Positions 12,078 through 23,585 of a DNA stretch of 64,000 bases are shown piece after piece (position 1 is the first letter of the stretch; each line of letters starts with the position of its first letter). The position numbers were made by a program, and so were the translations under genes. This DNA is from Callorhinchus milii (lineage: Eukaryota), in assembly GCF_018977255.1 (NCBI RefSeq), contig NW_024704743.1, forward strand, positions 101,372,001 through 101,436,000, given 5' to 3'. The notes beneath the pieces were generated by a model. The model saw only the letters and a program-made list of their open reading frames with translations, did no database searches and had not been told where the DNA came from.

Positions 12078-13133
12078 TTAAATATATTACAGCATGATAA
12101 GGCTACTTAATGGGACACATCCAATTTACTTCGACCAGTAGCAATTTACATGAAGCTATAACGGAAAAGTGAAAATAAACCCGTATTTCACTTTTGTATC
12201 ATGTTTAAAAAAAATCTTAACATATAGCTGAATCTAATCTACTGGCCACAAATTGTATCAGTGACTGCAGTGATTAATGTAAGGTACTTTTCCACCAGGT
12301 TGAATTCACTAGTCTACAGTATAATTTCATAGGGTTATATTGAAAGAACCATTTGATAAGGAACAGGTGAACAGCTTTGGAAATCACAATAGAATGTTTT
12401 ATTTAAAACTACAGTTTACAATACAATAAATCCAAGTACAACAGTCAAATAGCAGTCAAACCAGGCAAATAAAACCCAAATTACAATAAAAATTGTATGG
12501 TGTCATTTAATTTGAATTCAATATTTTGAGAGGCACACTGACGGTGTGTTTAAAAGACTATTAGTCATTTGCTGAAAACCTTTGTAAATTTAAAAAATGT
12601 TTTAACACTCGCTACTGATTTGTGAGTGAAAATAACACTGGAAATAAAAGACTTACTGCTTTTACTAATTATAGTAATAATGCCCACTTTCTTCATATAC
12701 AATATTTTTAGTTCCCTTTGTTTAAAATCCTTGCTGTAAAAAAATGTGGGAATGGGAGCACCAAATAAAAAACTCCAATATTTCTGTTGTTAAATGAGAT
12801 ATAAATGTGGACATTGTTTCTCCAGAGGCAGCTTTCATTATATAATTTTAGTTATAGGATTAGAAGTTCTCAAAAGTTATTATGCTTCTTGTTTCCCATC
12901 AATTTCACTTACGAAGTTCAGTCATTGCACTTTCTGTGTGAGACATCCTCCTGATGTGAAAGGCATTATATCAAACGCAAAGGATTTTTATTATTATGAC
13001 AACAGATACAATGTGAAGAGAACGCGACACTTGACTTAGTATAATTCCATTCATTTTAGTGTATATGTTAGGAATTATTTTGTGCATTAATTGTTTTTAT
13101 AACATGGATTCCATCTCTCTGTGTTCTTTATAG

Positions 13134-13300
13134 AACTGCTGGATGAAATGTCTGAGGCACGGGAGTGTGTCAACTGTGGTTCCATGTCCACTCCCTTGTG
13201 GCGGCGCGATGGTACTGGGCATTATCTGTGCAATGCCTGTGGATTATACCATAAGATGAATGGACTCAGTCGACCTCTGATCAAACCTCAGAAAAGAATG
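13134..13300 (+). CDS. gata6: GATA6 exon encoding the N-terminal zinc finger
   Basis: tag|AA CTG CTG...[46 protein letters not shown]|gtaagt; 167 bp, phase 1 to 0. Confidence 0.98.
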
Positions 13301-16300
13301 GTAAGTACAACACCTGCTGGACCCAGACCAACCCATACATACGTCAAACCACATTGACAATTGCACTGGCAAGCCTTGGAAAGAATAAAGTTAACAGTTA
13401 TTCAGAGAACATCTTTTACTTTGCTACTGAGATGTTTAGTCTAACATAACATATTAAACATCTTCACTAGCTGCTTCTTTGAAATAATATGCTGTGCAAA
13501 ATAAAACGCAATGTACTGTTAATATGTTTTATTATTACATTTGACAGAGAAGCAATGAATTAGCCCAGATCGATATTTTCTATGATTTGGCTGTTAATAC
13601 ACAGTATCAGTTGTGTTCCCCAGGAGTCTTATGCCAGGTCAGTGTGGGTAAATTAAGTATATAGCTTCACAATTGTTAATATAACATTAGACTCTTCATT
13701 CCTGGCATCTAATTTTGATTTTAGATACTGGAGAGGAAGGAAAATTACATTTAGCGTATTTCCACCAATTTATTCGGCCAATCCAATCATGTTATAATCC
13801 AAAAAATAATTACACCCGCCAGTGGTTTAACTCAGCTAATTTTGATTATAGAAACTGGTTGGGGAGTAAAATGATGTGCTGTAATCCCACTCTTAAATAA
13901 CCAGTGCAAACCAGTCAATAATAACTGGAAAATCAATACTGAACTTGTTTCACTTGAAATAAATTAATTATTAATTTATTGTGTAACACCATAAACACCA
14001 AGAGCTAAAGGTCCAGACTTGACTTACGCATTGAATTGACATGTGTTGTGCTGATGACTGTATTTAACGTGCCTGTCACAAGTTGACACAAATGCACATT
14101 TGTGTATTGCATTGGGTTCTCCAGACTGTCTGTAGTGTTAAATAAATCAACACTAAAAGGTTAAAAAAAAGTTGTTGTGGAGCAGGCAAATCTTCTAGAC
14201 ATACAAATAGGATTTATTATCTGTTTATCACATTTATTGCATCTACTCCGTAACCTTGTTAACTGCCTTATAACTTTTAAAGAGTGTTGATTAGTTGACT
14301 GTCCTTTTTAAAAGACATTATTCACTTCCACTTTAGAGAAAAAGGGCAAAATTAAAGACGATGTAAATCTGTTGGCAGGATTATTGGCACCTTGGGCACT
14401 TAATTTAATGAGACAAATGGACACTGTGGTATTGAGATAAGACAATAGTGAGTAGATTGTGTTCGAATCAACAGACCGACAGCTTCTGTGAAGACGAAGG
14501 GGTTTATGTAATAACAGGGTTACAATACAACACTCTTCCCCCACCAGGCAGTGCCTTCAGTTTGCAGCCAGAGTTTGGACACTGCTTTTGAACCCCAGAC
14601 ATTATTGCAACACTATCACAGTTCTCACCATAGATTTACGGCAAAACAAAACACTCTTGATTCTCTATGTAGCTCATGAACCAGGAATGAAGAACGAGTT
14701 AATGGAAATTCTGTTCGTATGTTGAGACTTTGTACTGTACTTGCAAAACACAAAGGTCAACCCCACCCAGTTTTCCAGTATTAAACTTTGAATTTCCATG
14801 CCAGGTGTTGCCGCAGAATATATTCTTTTCTGAGCAATGATGCACTGATTTAATGCAAATCAAGCGCGTGGGGGGTATAAACGTGGGTGCGACCTGACAA
14901 TTTACACCGGATCTAGATAATTTATTGAGGTGACTAATCTTTGCTGGAGGGTGTAAACTGCAGTAGATATTTAGAGCTCCTAGGGACAAAGGATTGCTGA
15001 CCACTAATATTTCAATGACCTCTCCAAATTTAGATCGAATAATTTTGAAAGGGACTTTCCTGAGGGATCGCCCCTCAGTAACTATTAGTTTAGCGCTCTG
15101 CCAACTTAATTTTTTATTTATTGACTTATTTACTTTAATTGGGTGGGGATTCTTTTTCTTTCAAGTTTATGGCCATAAATGTGAAAGAAAAAAAATGTTG
15201 CTCATACTCTTATTTATTTGAAAGAGTGTTTTTATAATAATACCATTCGCTATGAGCCCTCAAATGTAATACTCGCAAATCGGACTCAATTTGCTATTCG
15301 ATAGTGTGGGGTGGCAGAATTCATAAAACGGCAAATTGCGAATTACAAGACAGCAAAGTCTTAAAAATGTTGCTCAATCTCAGAATATGATAGTACATAG
15401 TTTAGGTTTGCACTCCACTGCTAAGGGAATACTCTAAAACACTCCTCAAAATTCTTTTAAGCTTCCTCCCTTCTCAGAGACTCTTATTGTCGTTTAAAGT
15501 GTTTCAAGACTGGTCTGTCTGTTTACGTGGTTGTCAAAATATCCCGCCTGCCTGCTTATAACATTCCTTGAACAGAGATGGGAGATTTTCAAATATTCTG
15601 GCTAACAATCCTTTAGATTTATTCACACCTCATGGCTGTTTGTGGGACTTTGGTGCAAGGAAATTATCTGTCATGATTGCCAAATAAAACAGTCACCACA
15701 TGTGATAGGGATTGCCATGAAGCACTTTGAGACATTTAAGTCTTATAGGCAGTGGCAGACTGGCTCCCCGAAAGGGCTCAGATTGTCAGCTAAAATGGGG
15801 GCACCAATTTGTCGTGGACACCAAAAAGCATGAAACATCTGCATGTTTCAAAACTTTGTCGAGCTTAAATGGAACTTCTAAACTGTGCTGTACAGGGTAG
15901 AAGCATCGGGAACAAATCACAGGGGCTCTCGGATACCATCCATGGGGTACTCGGGAATTTTCCCGATTTCCCATATAGTCAGTCCACCCCCGGCTATAAA
16001 AAAGTGCTTTAAAACAATGCAAATTCCTTCTTCGTGACTTATTTCCAACTTTTCTATCTACTGGCAGCAGGTTATGTTGGTATTGGGTAATTTGGATTCC
16101 TTCACAATGCTCATCCTATTCCTCGGCTCGCACTCTATGATATACACATTGCATTAGACAATATTAAAGTGAATCAACAGAAATATATCAGCCAGTCTTA
16201 TTGCCATCAATTAGTAGTACTTGTTTCCGGGTCAGAATGTTGTGGGATTTTAAGCTTACAGTGTTAGGGTGGGCAGCGTCGTTAGGAGATTTAAATTAGA

Positions 16301-16369
16301 TGTTAAGTCAAGGTCCCTCCTGCCTGTTCAAGTGGAGTCTATAGGTCCCATGGCATTATTCAAAACGAT

Positions 16370-16645
16370 CTTGTCCCTCTCTGTCTACCATCATTCTTCC
16401 AGTTCTGGTCTACTGCTCATTCCTCACATCCTTTAGCCAGTTTATCCCTCTGTCTGGAACTCTCTCCAAAAATGCCTTTCCCTCTCTCTGTGCCTTTAGA
16501 GTCCTCTTAAAAATATATATCTTTGTGAACACCCTCAAAATTCCTCTCACTTTCCTGCCTGCTCAGTGACCCCCAACGTCTTTGTGAAGTGCTCTGAGAC
16601 ATTCATGCAACATGAAAGGTGCTGTATAAGTACACGTTGTTGTAT
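16370..16645 (+). mobile_element. Degraded L2 LINE 3' end
   Basis: gtctggaactctctcc...tgtgaagtgctctgagacat...tgaaaggtgctgtataag...gttgttg, similar to the 33008-33721 tail. Confidence 0.6.
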
Positions 16646-17036
16646 ATAACCTGAAGCTATAAATAGAGTACTACAGATGAAGTATTGGGGTCTATTCTAC
16701 TTCGAAGGAGTAGAAACAGATTGTTTTGCTCTGAGAAGAATAAAATTCTTATCAAGTGTACTTAACCATGTGATATCTTGTAAGTCAGTGGTGACCACAG
16801 ATGAATCACAGGCAGTCTCTTTATAGCAGACTGATCAATAACACTCCCTCTATTCTTGTGAATGTAATAAATATATCACAATCTATGGTTCTGCTACACT
16901 TGATCTTGTCCCCCAGTTTGTAGTTCAGAAATCCAAAGTAATCGAAGAATAACGTAGAATTAAATACTTGTCTTCAATGAACCCACAGTCTAGGCTGACA
17001 CTCCAGTGGAATAGGAGAGGTGGGAATTGTATGGAG

Positions 17037-17602
17037 TCTGTTTACCTAGCAGTAATAATAATAATAATAATCCTTGCATTTGATATGGCCCTTTCCATGT
17101 CTTCTAAACGTCTCAAAGTGCTGCACAGAATATACTGTACTGAATTGACTGTATATTTGTGGGCAAAATGCAGCAGCCAATTGCACAGAGCAGTGTCCCA
17201 CAAACAGTCATGGATTGAAGTGACCATTATTGTTTTTTTTCTTTCTTGAGGAATTATCATCAGGTTTGCGGAGTAAGGAAACTTGTCCAAATTTTTGCCT
17301 GCTGGGAATCAAACCCAGGTCTCTCACTTATGAGGCGAATGCTCTAACCACTGAGCCATGGACTCCTAGTAAATAGGAACCTGGTTGTTAGTCGATTCAT
17401 GGATCGCTTTCTGAGGATAATATTCAATAAAAAAAAGTCACTCAATCCATGACTGTTTGTTGGACATTGCTGTGCACAATTGGCTGCTGCGTTTTGCTCA
17501 CAAAATTCAAAGTCAATTCACTTTACAGTATATTCTGTGAAGAGCTTTGAGATGTTGCTGCAATGTGATAAGAAAATATATCAAATGCAAGGTTTATTAT
17601 TA
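17037..17602 (+). mobile_element. Host SINE family A (long variant), split by a nested SINE
   Basis: tctgtttacctagcagtaa (17037-17055) continues as agtaaataggaacctggttgttagtcgatt (from 17368) through to the tail at about 17602. Confidence 0.8.
17056..17367 (-). mobile_element. Full-length SINE family A nested in antisense orientation
   Basis: tRNA head (reverse of gagtccatggctcagtggttagagc), body and (ATT)n tail; AGTAA duplicated at 17051-17055 and 17368-17372. Confidence 0.9.
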
Positions 17603-17689
17603 TATAAAGACCAACATGGATTAATTAACTAAAAGGCCAGTTTCTGTGCCATATCATTTTTTGTAATTCTATGCAATCCTATATGCAAT

Positions 17690-18001
17690 GCTGGAGGAGT
17701 ATTGTATTGCCTTTGGATGAAATGTTAAACTATGGTCCTGTCTGCCAATTCAAGTGGATGTTAAAGATCCTACTACCTGGAAAAGAAAATGGAGTTTCTC
17801 CCTGTGTCCTGGCAAACAATCTCCCATATAAAATTGGTCATTCACTTCATGCTGTTTATGGGATGGCTGCTATATATTAATCGGTTGCTTAGTTAACCAA
17901 CAAATACTCAGACACAGCGTTTTACAATAAATCTTGTGAAGTACTTTTAGACATTTTGGCGCCATGGTAAGGCCCTATATTAAATGTGAAGATTATTATA
18001 A
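17690..18001 (+). mobile_element. SINE family B (DeuSINE, SacSINE1/AmnSINE1-like), degraded
   Basis: tttggatgaaatgttaaac...gtggatgttaaagatcc...gtgtcctggc...gctgtttatggga; Deu-domain motifs from recalled consensus. Confidence 0.75.
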
Positions 18002-18018
18002 TTTCTTGTGCATTATGA

Positions 18019-18189
<171 letters not shown>

Positions 18190-18740
18190 TAACCCACAGT
18201 ACATCCTTTAAATCTAGACAACCAGAGCTCTCACCTTGAGAATGTTTAGGAACTCATTCAGATAAATTCACGTCTTGGTAATAGACTGTTGAAATTGTAA
18301 ACTTTATAATGAATTTATAAAAATCAGATGGCAAACATTGATATATTTCACATGAGGACAGTTTAGATAACAAGAACCATAGAAATTTATAGCATAGAAG
18401 AAGGCGGGAAACAGACGAATATCTTTTATGTTAATCTGTCTCAGGCTAATCCATCACTGGCGCTATTTTGCATCCATCAAACCTGTCTAACCTGTAACTA
18501 TGAAACGGTTACCCAACACAAGTGGTATTGGTATACTCCATGGAATGATCATGTGTGGTTACTTTGTTATGTGTAAAACTAATGTTCGTATTCAGAATGG
18601 CAGAATGGTGGGAATCTGACATTATGATAACTATCGATAATGTAACAACTTCTATGTGCATTGTAAATTTGTTATTTCTGCTGCGATAAGCAAAATTCAT
18701 GACGCAATTTTAAAATAAATATTTTACCTTCTATCTCAAG

Positions 18741-18828
18741 GTACCACGGCCATTGGCAATGAAGAAAGAAGGAATCCAGACTAGAAAACGAAAGCCTAAG
18801 AATTTAAACAAGTCTAAGAGTCCTTCAA
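18741..18828 (+). CDS. gata6: GATA6 exon encoding the basic region/NLS
   Basis: aag|[29 protein letters not shown]+A|gtgagt; 88 bp, phase 0 to 1. Confidence 0.98.
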
Positions 18829-18864
18829 GTGAGTATGAAATTCCTACTGTATTTCACTCAGAAA

Positions 18865-19200
18865 ATAAATACAGTCACATCATGTTACAGTATATCCTGT
18901 GAAGCATCTTGAGATGTCTTGATGACATGATAAGGAGCTATATCAAATGCAAGAATTATTATCATTATTATTACTGGAAAAGCGATGCAAAAATAAGCAT
19001 AAACGTTCACCAATAAATACACTTTACAGTAAATCCTGTGAAGCTCTTTGGCATGTTTCGATGATGTGATAACAATAATTATAATAATCCTTGCATTTGG
19101 TTTGGTGCCTTATGTTGTAAGGGCGTCTCAAAGCGCTTTGCAGGAATTACTGAGTAATGGAGTGATAAGGCACTGTGTCAAAAGCAAGGATTTTTATTGT
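18865..19200. mobile_element. Stack of four SINE 3'-tail fragments (+, +, -, +) in a short intron
   Basis: Tail motifs at about 18865-18973 (+), 19005-19070 (+), 19073-19150 (-) and 19160-19200 (+). Confidence 0.75.
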
Positions 19201-19252
19201 TAAAATAACACATGGAACAAGATTAACTGACTGCCTGCTGAATATGTTACAG

Positions 19253-19374
19253 GTACAAGCAATACAGTGCCAATGACTCCAAGCTCCTCCTCGACTTCTA
19301 CATCTAATCAAGAGGAGATGCCCAGAGTGAAAAGCGGCTCACCCTCTGGCCAGACCGCAGTCACAGCGTCAGGG
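19253..19374 (+). CDS. gata6: GATA6 Ser/Thr-rich C-terminal exon
   Basis: cag|(S)TSNTVPMTPSSSSTSTSNQEEMPRVKSGSPSGQTAVTASG|gtaagc. PMTP and TASG match GATA6; 122 bp, phase 1 to 0. Confidence 0.93.
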
Positions 19375-20090
19375 GTAAGCTCCCACTAGCAGACTTTACC
19401 TGTTTGATCCTGAACGAGATAAAGATTTCCCATCGTCAAGTCTATCTTCCTTCAATTAATCTGCGGGTCCTCCTGTTATGCAAACCAAAAAGGATTACCA
19501 TTATATTATTATCAATAGTTTGTCACAGTGGTGCATGTTTGCACGGCAAAATGCTGAATATCAGCCAGTTTCTGTGCTCATTTCCACTCCCACTTTCAGA
19601 GTTAGTTTGCTCTGCGAAAAAAGCAAGGATTCATGTTGTAGTTGCTCCCTGCATATTTGCTACATTCTTTATGGGGAAGGGAGGGGAGGGGGAGGAGATC
19701 TAATTTTAAGAACGTGGCATGTGGAACCTAACTGATTTCACATACAACTACATTCATTACTCATACAAAATGCTGCTGCTACTTGGGTGATTTTGCAAGT
19801 GTTAATGGAAAAATAGTTTTGTTGCCATGATATTCTCAACCAAATATTGGATGACAGAGGCGCTATCTATTAAAAATGAAATGGAATCATATCCTCGATA
19901 GTTCACATACCTTGCTTATTAAAGAGCTCCTATAATTTGAAGCTACAACTGAACAGCATAGCTCTTTCCCTTCACTATTTGATTTGGTTAATATTTTGTT
20001 TGAAGCCAAGCCTTTTCTTTGCTTACGTGTATTGATACGCCTTGCCACTCAGCTTTGATGTAGTCAGAATGCATTCTCTAATCTTTGTGG

Positions 20091-20254
20091 ACTAGTACCT
20101 CTTCGCCAATGTCAGCCCAAGGAGAAATTAGTACTCAGAAAGTGGTGCCCTTTCTTTGCAGGTCAAAAACAGTGCTGGAGTCAGTCTTAAATTCTGTGGT
20201 TGAGATTGCGTTTCTGACGGATAGGATTGGTGAGGCACTGTGGCACTTGATTGA
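20091..20254 (+). pseudogene. gata6: Decayed remnant of the ancestral GATA6 last coding exon (pseudo-exon)
   Basis: TSTSSPMSAQGE in one frame, then ESGAL..AGVSL and DW*GTVALD* in another; resembles the GATA6 C-terminus. Preceded by ctaatctttgtgg (GG, not AG); stops at 20201, 20222, 20231. Confidence 0.6.
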
Positions 20255-20449
20255 CCTGACACCATCTCTCTGTTTGTTTGCTTTTAAACATCATGCCCTC
20301 AACCAATTTCAGACGTTATTAAAAATAATTACAAGAAAGAATGGCACAGGGGTTAAAATATTCATCATTTTTATAACCTTTGATTGCAGAGGCAACGTGC
20401 CAAACATTTCCTTATGTGTTTTCTTTTTCCACTGACTTCAATTTTGCAG

Positions 20450-20512
20450 GACTATCAACCTTTCCAGCAGCCAATGTGGAATGATGAAGAACAGCTCCAT
20501 GGCGTCAGATAA
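20450..20512 (+). CDS. gata6: Candidate replacement terminal coding exon of GATA6 (DYQPFQQPMWNDEEQLHGVR*)
   Basis: Strong acceptor ttctttttccactgacttcaattttgcag|G, read in phase 0 from the preceding exon. No recognisable protein homology; the acceptor at 20161 is an alternative. Confidence 0.4.
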   Translation, partial: DYQPFQQPMWNDEEQLHGVR

Positions 20513-21590
20513 CAGCACATCACTGAACATAATTTCTTCCCTATCTCCAAGGAAAGGCACGTCCTCCAGCAGCCAGCAAAGCTGCCTGTTTACTTTGGAT
20601 CCGTTTCATTTTATTTAACATAAAAGCTGTAACGAGTACTTTCAGAACACAAAATAGCCTCGAGGCCAGGACGGACGCAAAGCAACAGAGCAGAGGCAAT
20701 GTTCAGTACTGTAGTTAAGAGTAATCTGATGGTACCTAATTTTTATCAATGTAACTGATGGAAACAAGTCCCACGTTACTATTCCAGTATATTCATGCGA
20801 CAATTTAAAAAGAAAATAAATTATGTTTTGAAATGACAATACTGATGATGGAGGTCAGTTAATTGCAATGTGAATTCTGGAAGTTCCCATTGGAGTCATT
20901 GACTAGATGCTGGTCGGTCAATGTTTTTGAAACAGGGTAATAAACGGATGTATTCTTCCACATACTAACAACTTTACTGCATAAATACAAGTGCAATTAG
21001 CATTGCTACAATCAGTGTTAAATTAAAAATGGTTCAAAATTAAACAACCTACTTTTTGCAATGAATGTAAACCTTCTAAGTTAATGGTACTTATCTAATT
21101 TAAAGACGATAGCTAAGCAGGTGTCCACAACAGGACACTTTATACATCTTCTGTCTTTTAAGAATCATCCGTATAGTCTTTTGGTAGTTAGAAAAAAAAT
21201 AACATTGTTTTAAGAACAAATTTCCTCTCAGGTAAATTCGTTATTGCATTATCTTTTTGTAAGTTTTGTAAAAAACCCCCACAAACTATCACCATGTTAT
21301 AGGTTAAAACTTTACTACCTATGTGATGATATGTAAATACTTTTAAACATTGTCTGAGGATTCTTTGGCTTCAATAATGCAATGTGCATATTAAAAAGAC
21401 AAACTGGTGTTTAGACCGGCCGACGCATTTTTAAAGATGTATGTCATTGCTGTATTGTTTTCTTGAAAACAGATTAAAAGGTGTTTTTTTTGTTTTGGAA
21501 ATTACATTGACTTGTTTTATCTTATATTTCACGGTGCTATAACTGATCCTAAACAACATTTAATAAAATATACAGTGATATTTTTTCAAT
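20513..21590 (+). other. gata6: GATA6 3' UTR
   Basis: AU-rich and transposon-free. 8mer seed matches for miR-10, miR-141/200a, miR-181 and miR-196. ATTAAA 21473-21478 followed by a GU/U-rich tract; AATAAA 21562-21567. Confidence 0.75.
21473..21567 (+). terminator. Candidate polyadenylation signals
   Basis: ATTAAA 21473-21478 with downstream gtgttttttttgtttt; AATAAA 21562-21567; repeats resume right after. Confidence 0.5.
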
Positions 21591-21848
21591 GTCAATCACA
21601 CCTTTCACTCGGTTCAAAACAGCAACAATATATTACATTTGTATAGCACCCTTCATGTCAGGAAGACATCCCAACATGCTGTAACAACAACAATGTACAT
21701 TTATATAGCCTCCCCTCACACAGTGTAGCAGCCTAGAGTGCTTAAATGAGGACAAATATGTGGCGATCCCTATATGAATTGGTAACAGCGAATAACAAGT
21801 GTAAATGCTTCACGTTGATTGGCAGAAGCTCCAGTAACCAGAAGAGGA

Positions 21849-21960
21849 TAATAATAATAATCCTTGCATTTAATAAAGCGCTTTTCACGTCTTCTGGACG
21901 TCTCAAAGCGCTTCACAGAATATACTGTAAAGTGAATTGACTGTATATTTGTGGGTAAAA
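21849..21960 (-). mobile_element. SINE family A, 3' tail fragment
   Basis: taataataataatccttgcattt...aaagcgcttcacagaatatactgtaaagtgaattg. Confidence 0.88.
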
Positions 21961-22029
21961 TTTATAGGATAATGACTCAGCAGAGTTCCCGCAAGTCAGT
22001 GTAGCACACATTGATTTACCAGCATACTT

Positions 22030-22404
22030 AATAATAATAATAATAATCCTTAATATAGAACCTTATCACATCGTTGAGACGTCTCAAGGCGCATCACAAA
22101 ATATACTGTAAAGTAAATTGACAAAAGTATATTTTGTAGGCGAAACACGGCAGCCAATTTCACACAGCAGTGTCCCACAAATACTCGTTTGGACTGAGTG
22201 ACCAAATTATTATAATTTTTTTTGAGGGATTATTATACCAGAAAGCGATCCGGCAATCGACTAATGAGTGGCTTCCTACTTACTGCAAGGTAAATAGACG
22301 TGTGGAGTAAGGAAACTTGCCTAAGGTTTCACCCTGTCCGGGAATCGAACCCGGATCTTCTCGCTTGCAAGGCGAGTGCTCTAACCAATACCCTACAGGA
22401 CTCC
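22030..22404 (-). mobile_element. Full-length SINE family A, long variant
   Basis: tRNA head with ctcgccttgcaagcgag arm and B box ggttcgattcc (reverse strand); extra internal segment; (ATT)n tail. Confidence 0.92.
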
Positions 22405-23435
22405 ACACAAAGTAGAGTCACTGTTAACCACTTCTATAACACTCACTACCTGTTGGAGACAGATGAACTGGGGTCAACCAAATAAAGTAGAAATGTTTTG
22501 CTGCTTATCTTATACAGTACCATCGTGTACAAGGGCAAAATCAAACCGGGAATGAGTCACCATTATTATAGTAACAACAATTTACCTATTGTGGCATGAT
22601 TTTCCCTTTCCTGTACATGTATGTGGAAATTATTACTTCATGAACAAATTTCACATCAGAGTTTCAAAACATTTTACATACTGTGGATCTGAGAAGAACA
22701 TTTTGTTGCCTTGCTTCTAATCTAAATAAATCAGATGTATTTTCTTTGAATATAGTGTAATCTCATGTCCTTCTTTGCTTAAAAAGTACAGTACAGTAGC
22801 CATAATACATGCAGATCAGCAAGTTGCCATATGTGGACTGGAATATAAGGCATTTCACTAAAAGTTACAAAAATGCAAGGTTTAGTATTATTATAATGGT
22901 ACAGGACAATGTCATGGTGCATTAAGGGAAAGTCCTCGGGTACCCAGCCAGCTATGTAAAGCATTTTGAGACAATTTCCTGACGTGAAAAATGCTGTATA
23001 AATATAAACTATTATTATTGCAAACCCCGAGTAAAACGCACCGCAAATGCCAGAACTGGGCACCTAAGCTTGCTGATGCTGGTGGTTAATTGTCTCCTCT
23101 TTCAACTAAAGTTGAGTGGAAAACAGGATGTTTTGGAAGGTTTAGTTTCACCTTCATCAGCTTGTGTTGTAGAAATTGTGGTAAACACTATCCAGCAAGG
23201 CCAGAGCTACTCTCTGCGCTCCATGAAATTCTAGATCTACAGCGTACAATTTTATGATGAAATGCGCAATGGGTTCAAATTCGATAATAATCCTTCATAA
23301 GTCATTTGCATGGCAAAACAAATGCCTTAACCATGGAAATATGTGCTTGCATCAAACACAACAAACTTGTTTCTCCCAGGGTCAAGGCATCAATTTTGCC
23401 ATGCAGATGAGCTCTAAAGGAAATGTTTTAATGTC

Positions 23436-23585
23436 ATAGAATCATAGAATTATACAGCACAGAAGAAGGCCATTTGGAGCATTGTGTCTGTGTTGGCTCT
23501 TTTGAAAGATCTATCCAAATCAATCCCACTGCCCCACTCTCTCCCCATAGCCCTGCAAACTTGCCCTCCCCAAATAATTATCTAT
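23436..23585 (-). mobile_element. CR1 LINE 3' terminus
   Basis: catagaatcatagaat..tacagcacagaagaaggccatt is the reverse of the (ATTCTATG)n CR1 tail and stem-loop. Confidence 0.8.

Noticed and set aside
20085..20435. 116-aa ORF as the straightforward last exon
   Set aside because: No AG at its homologous start and GATA6 similarity is lost after about 15 codons; plausible only if GG at 20089-20090 is a sequencing error.
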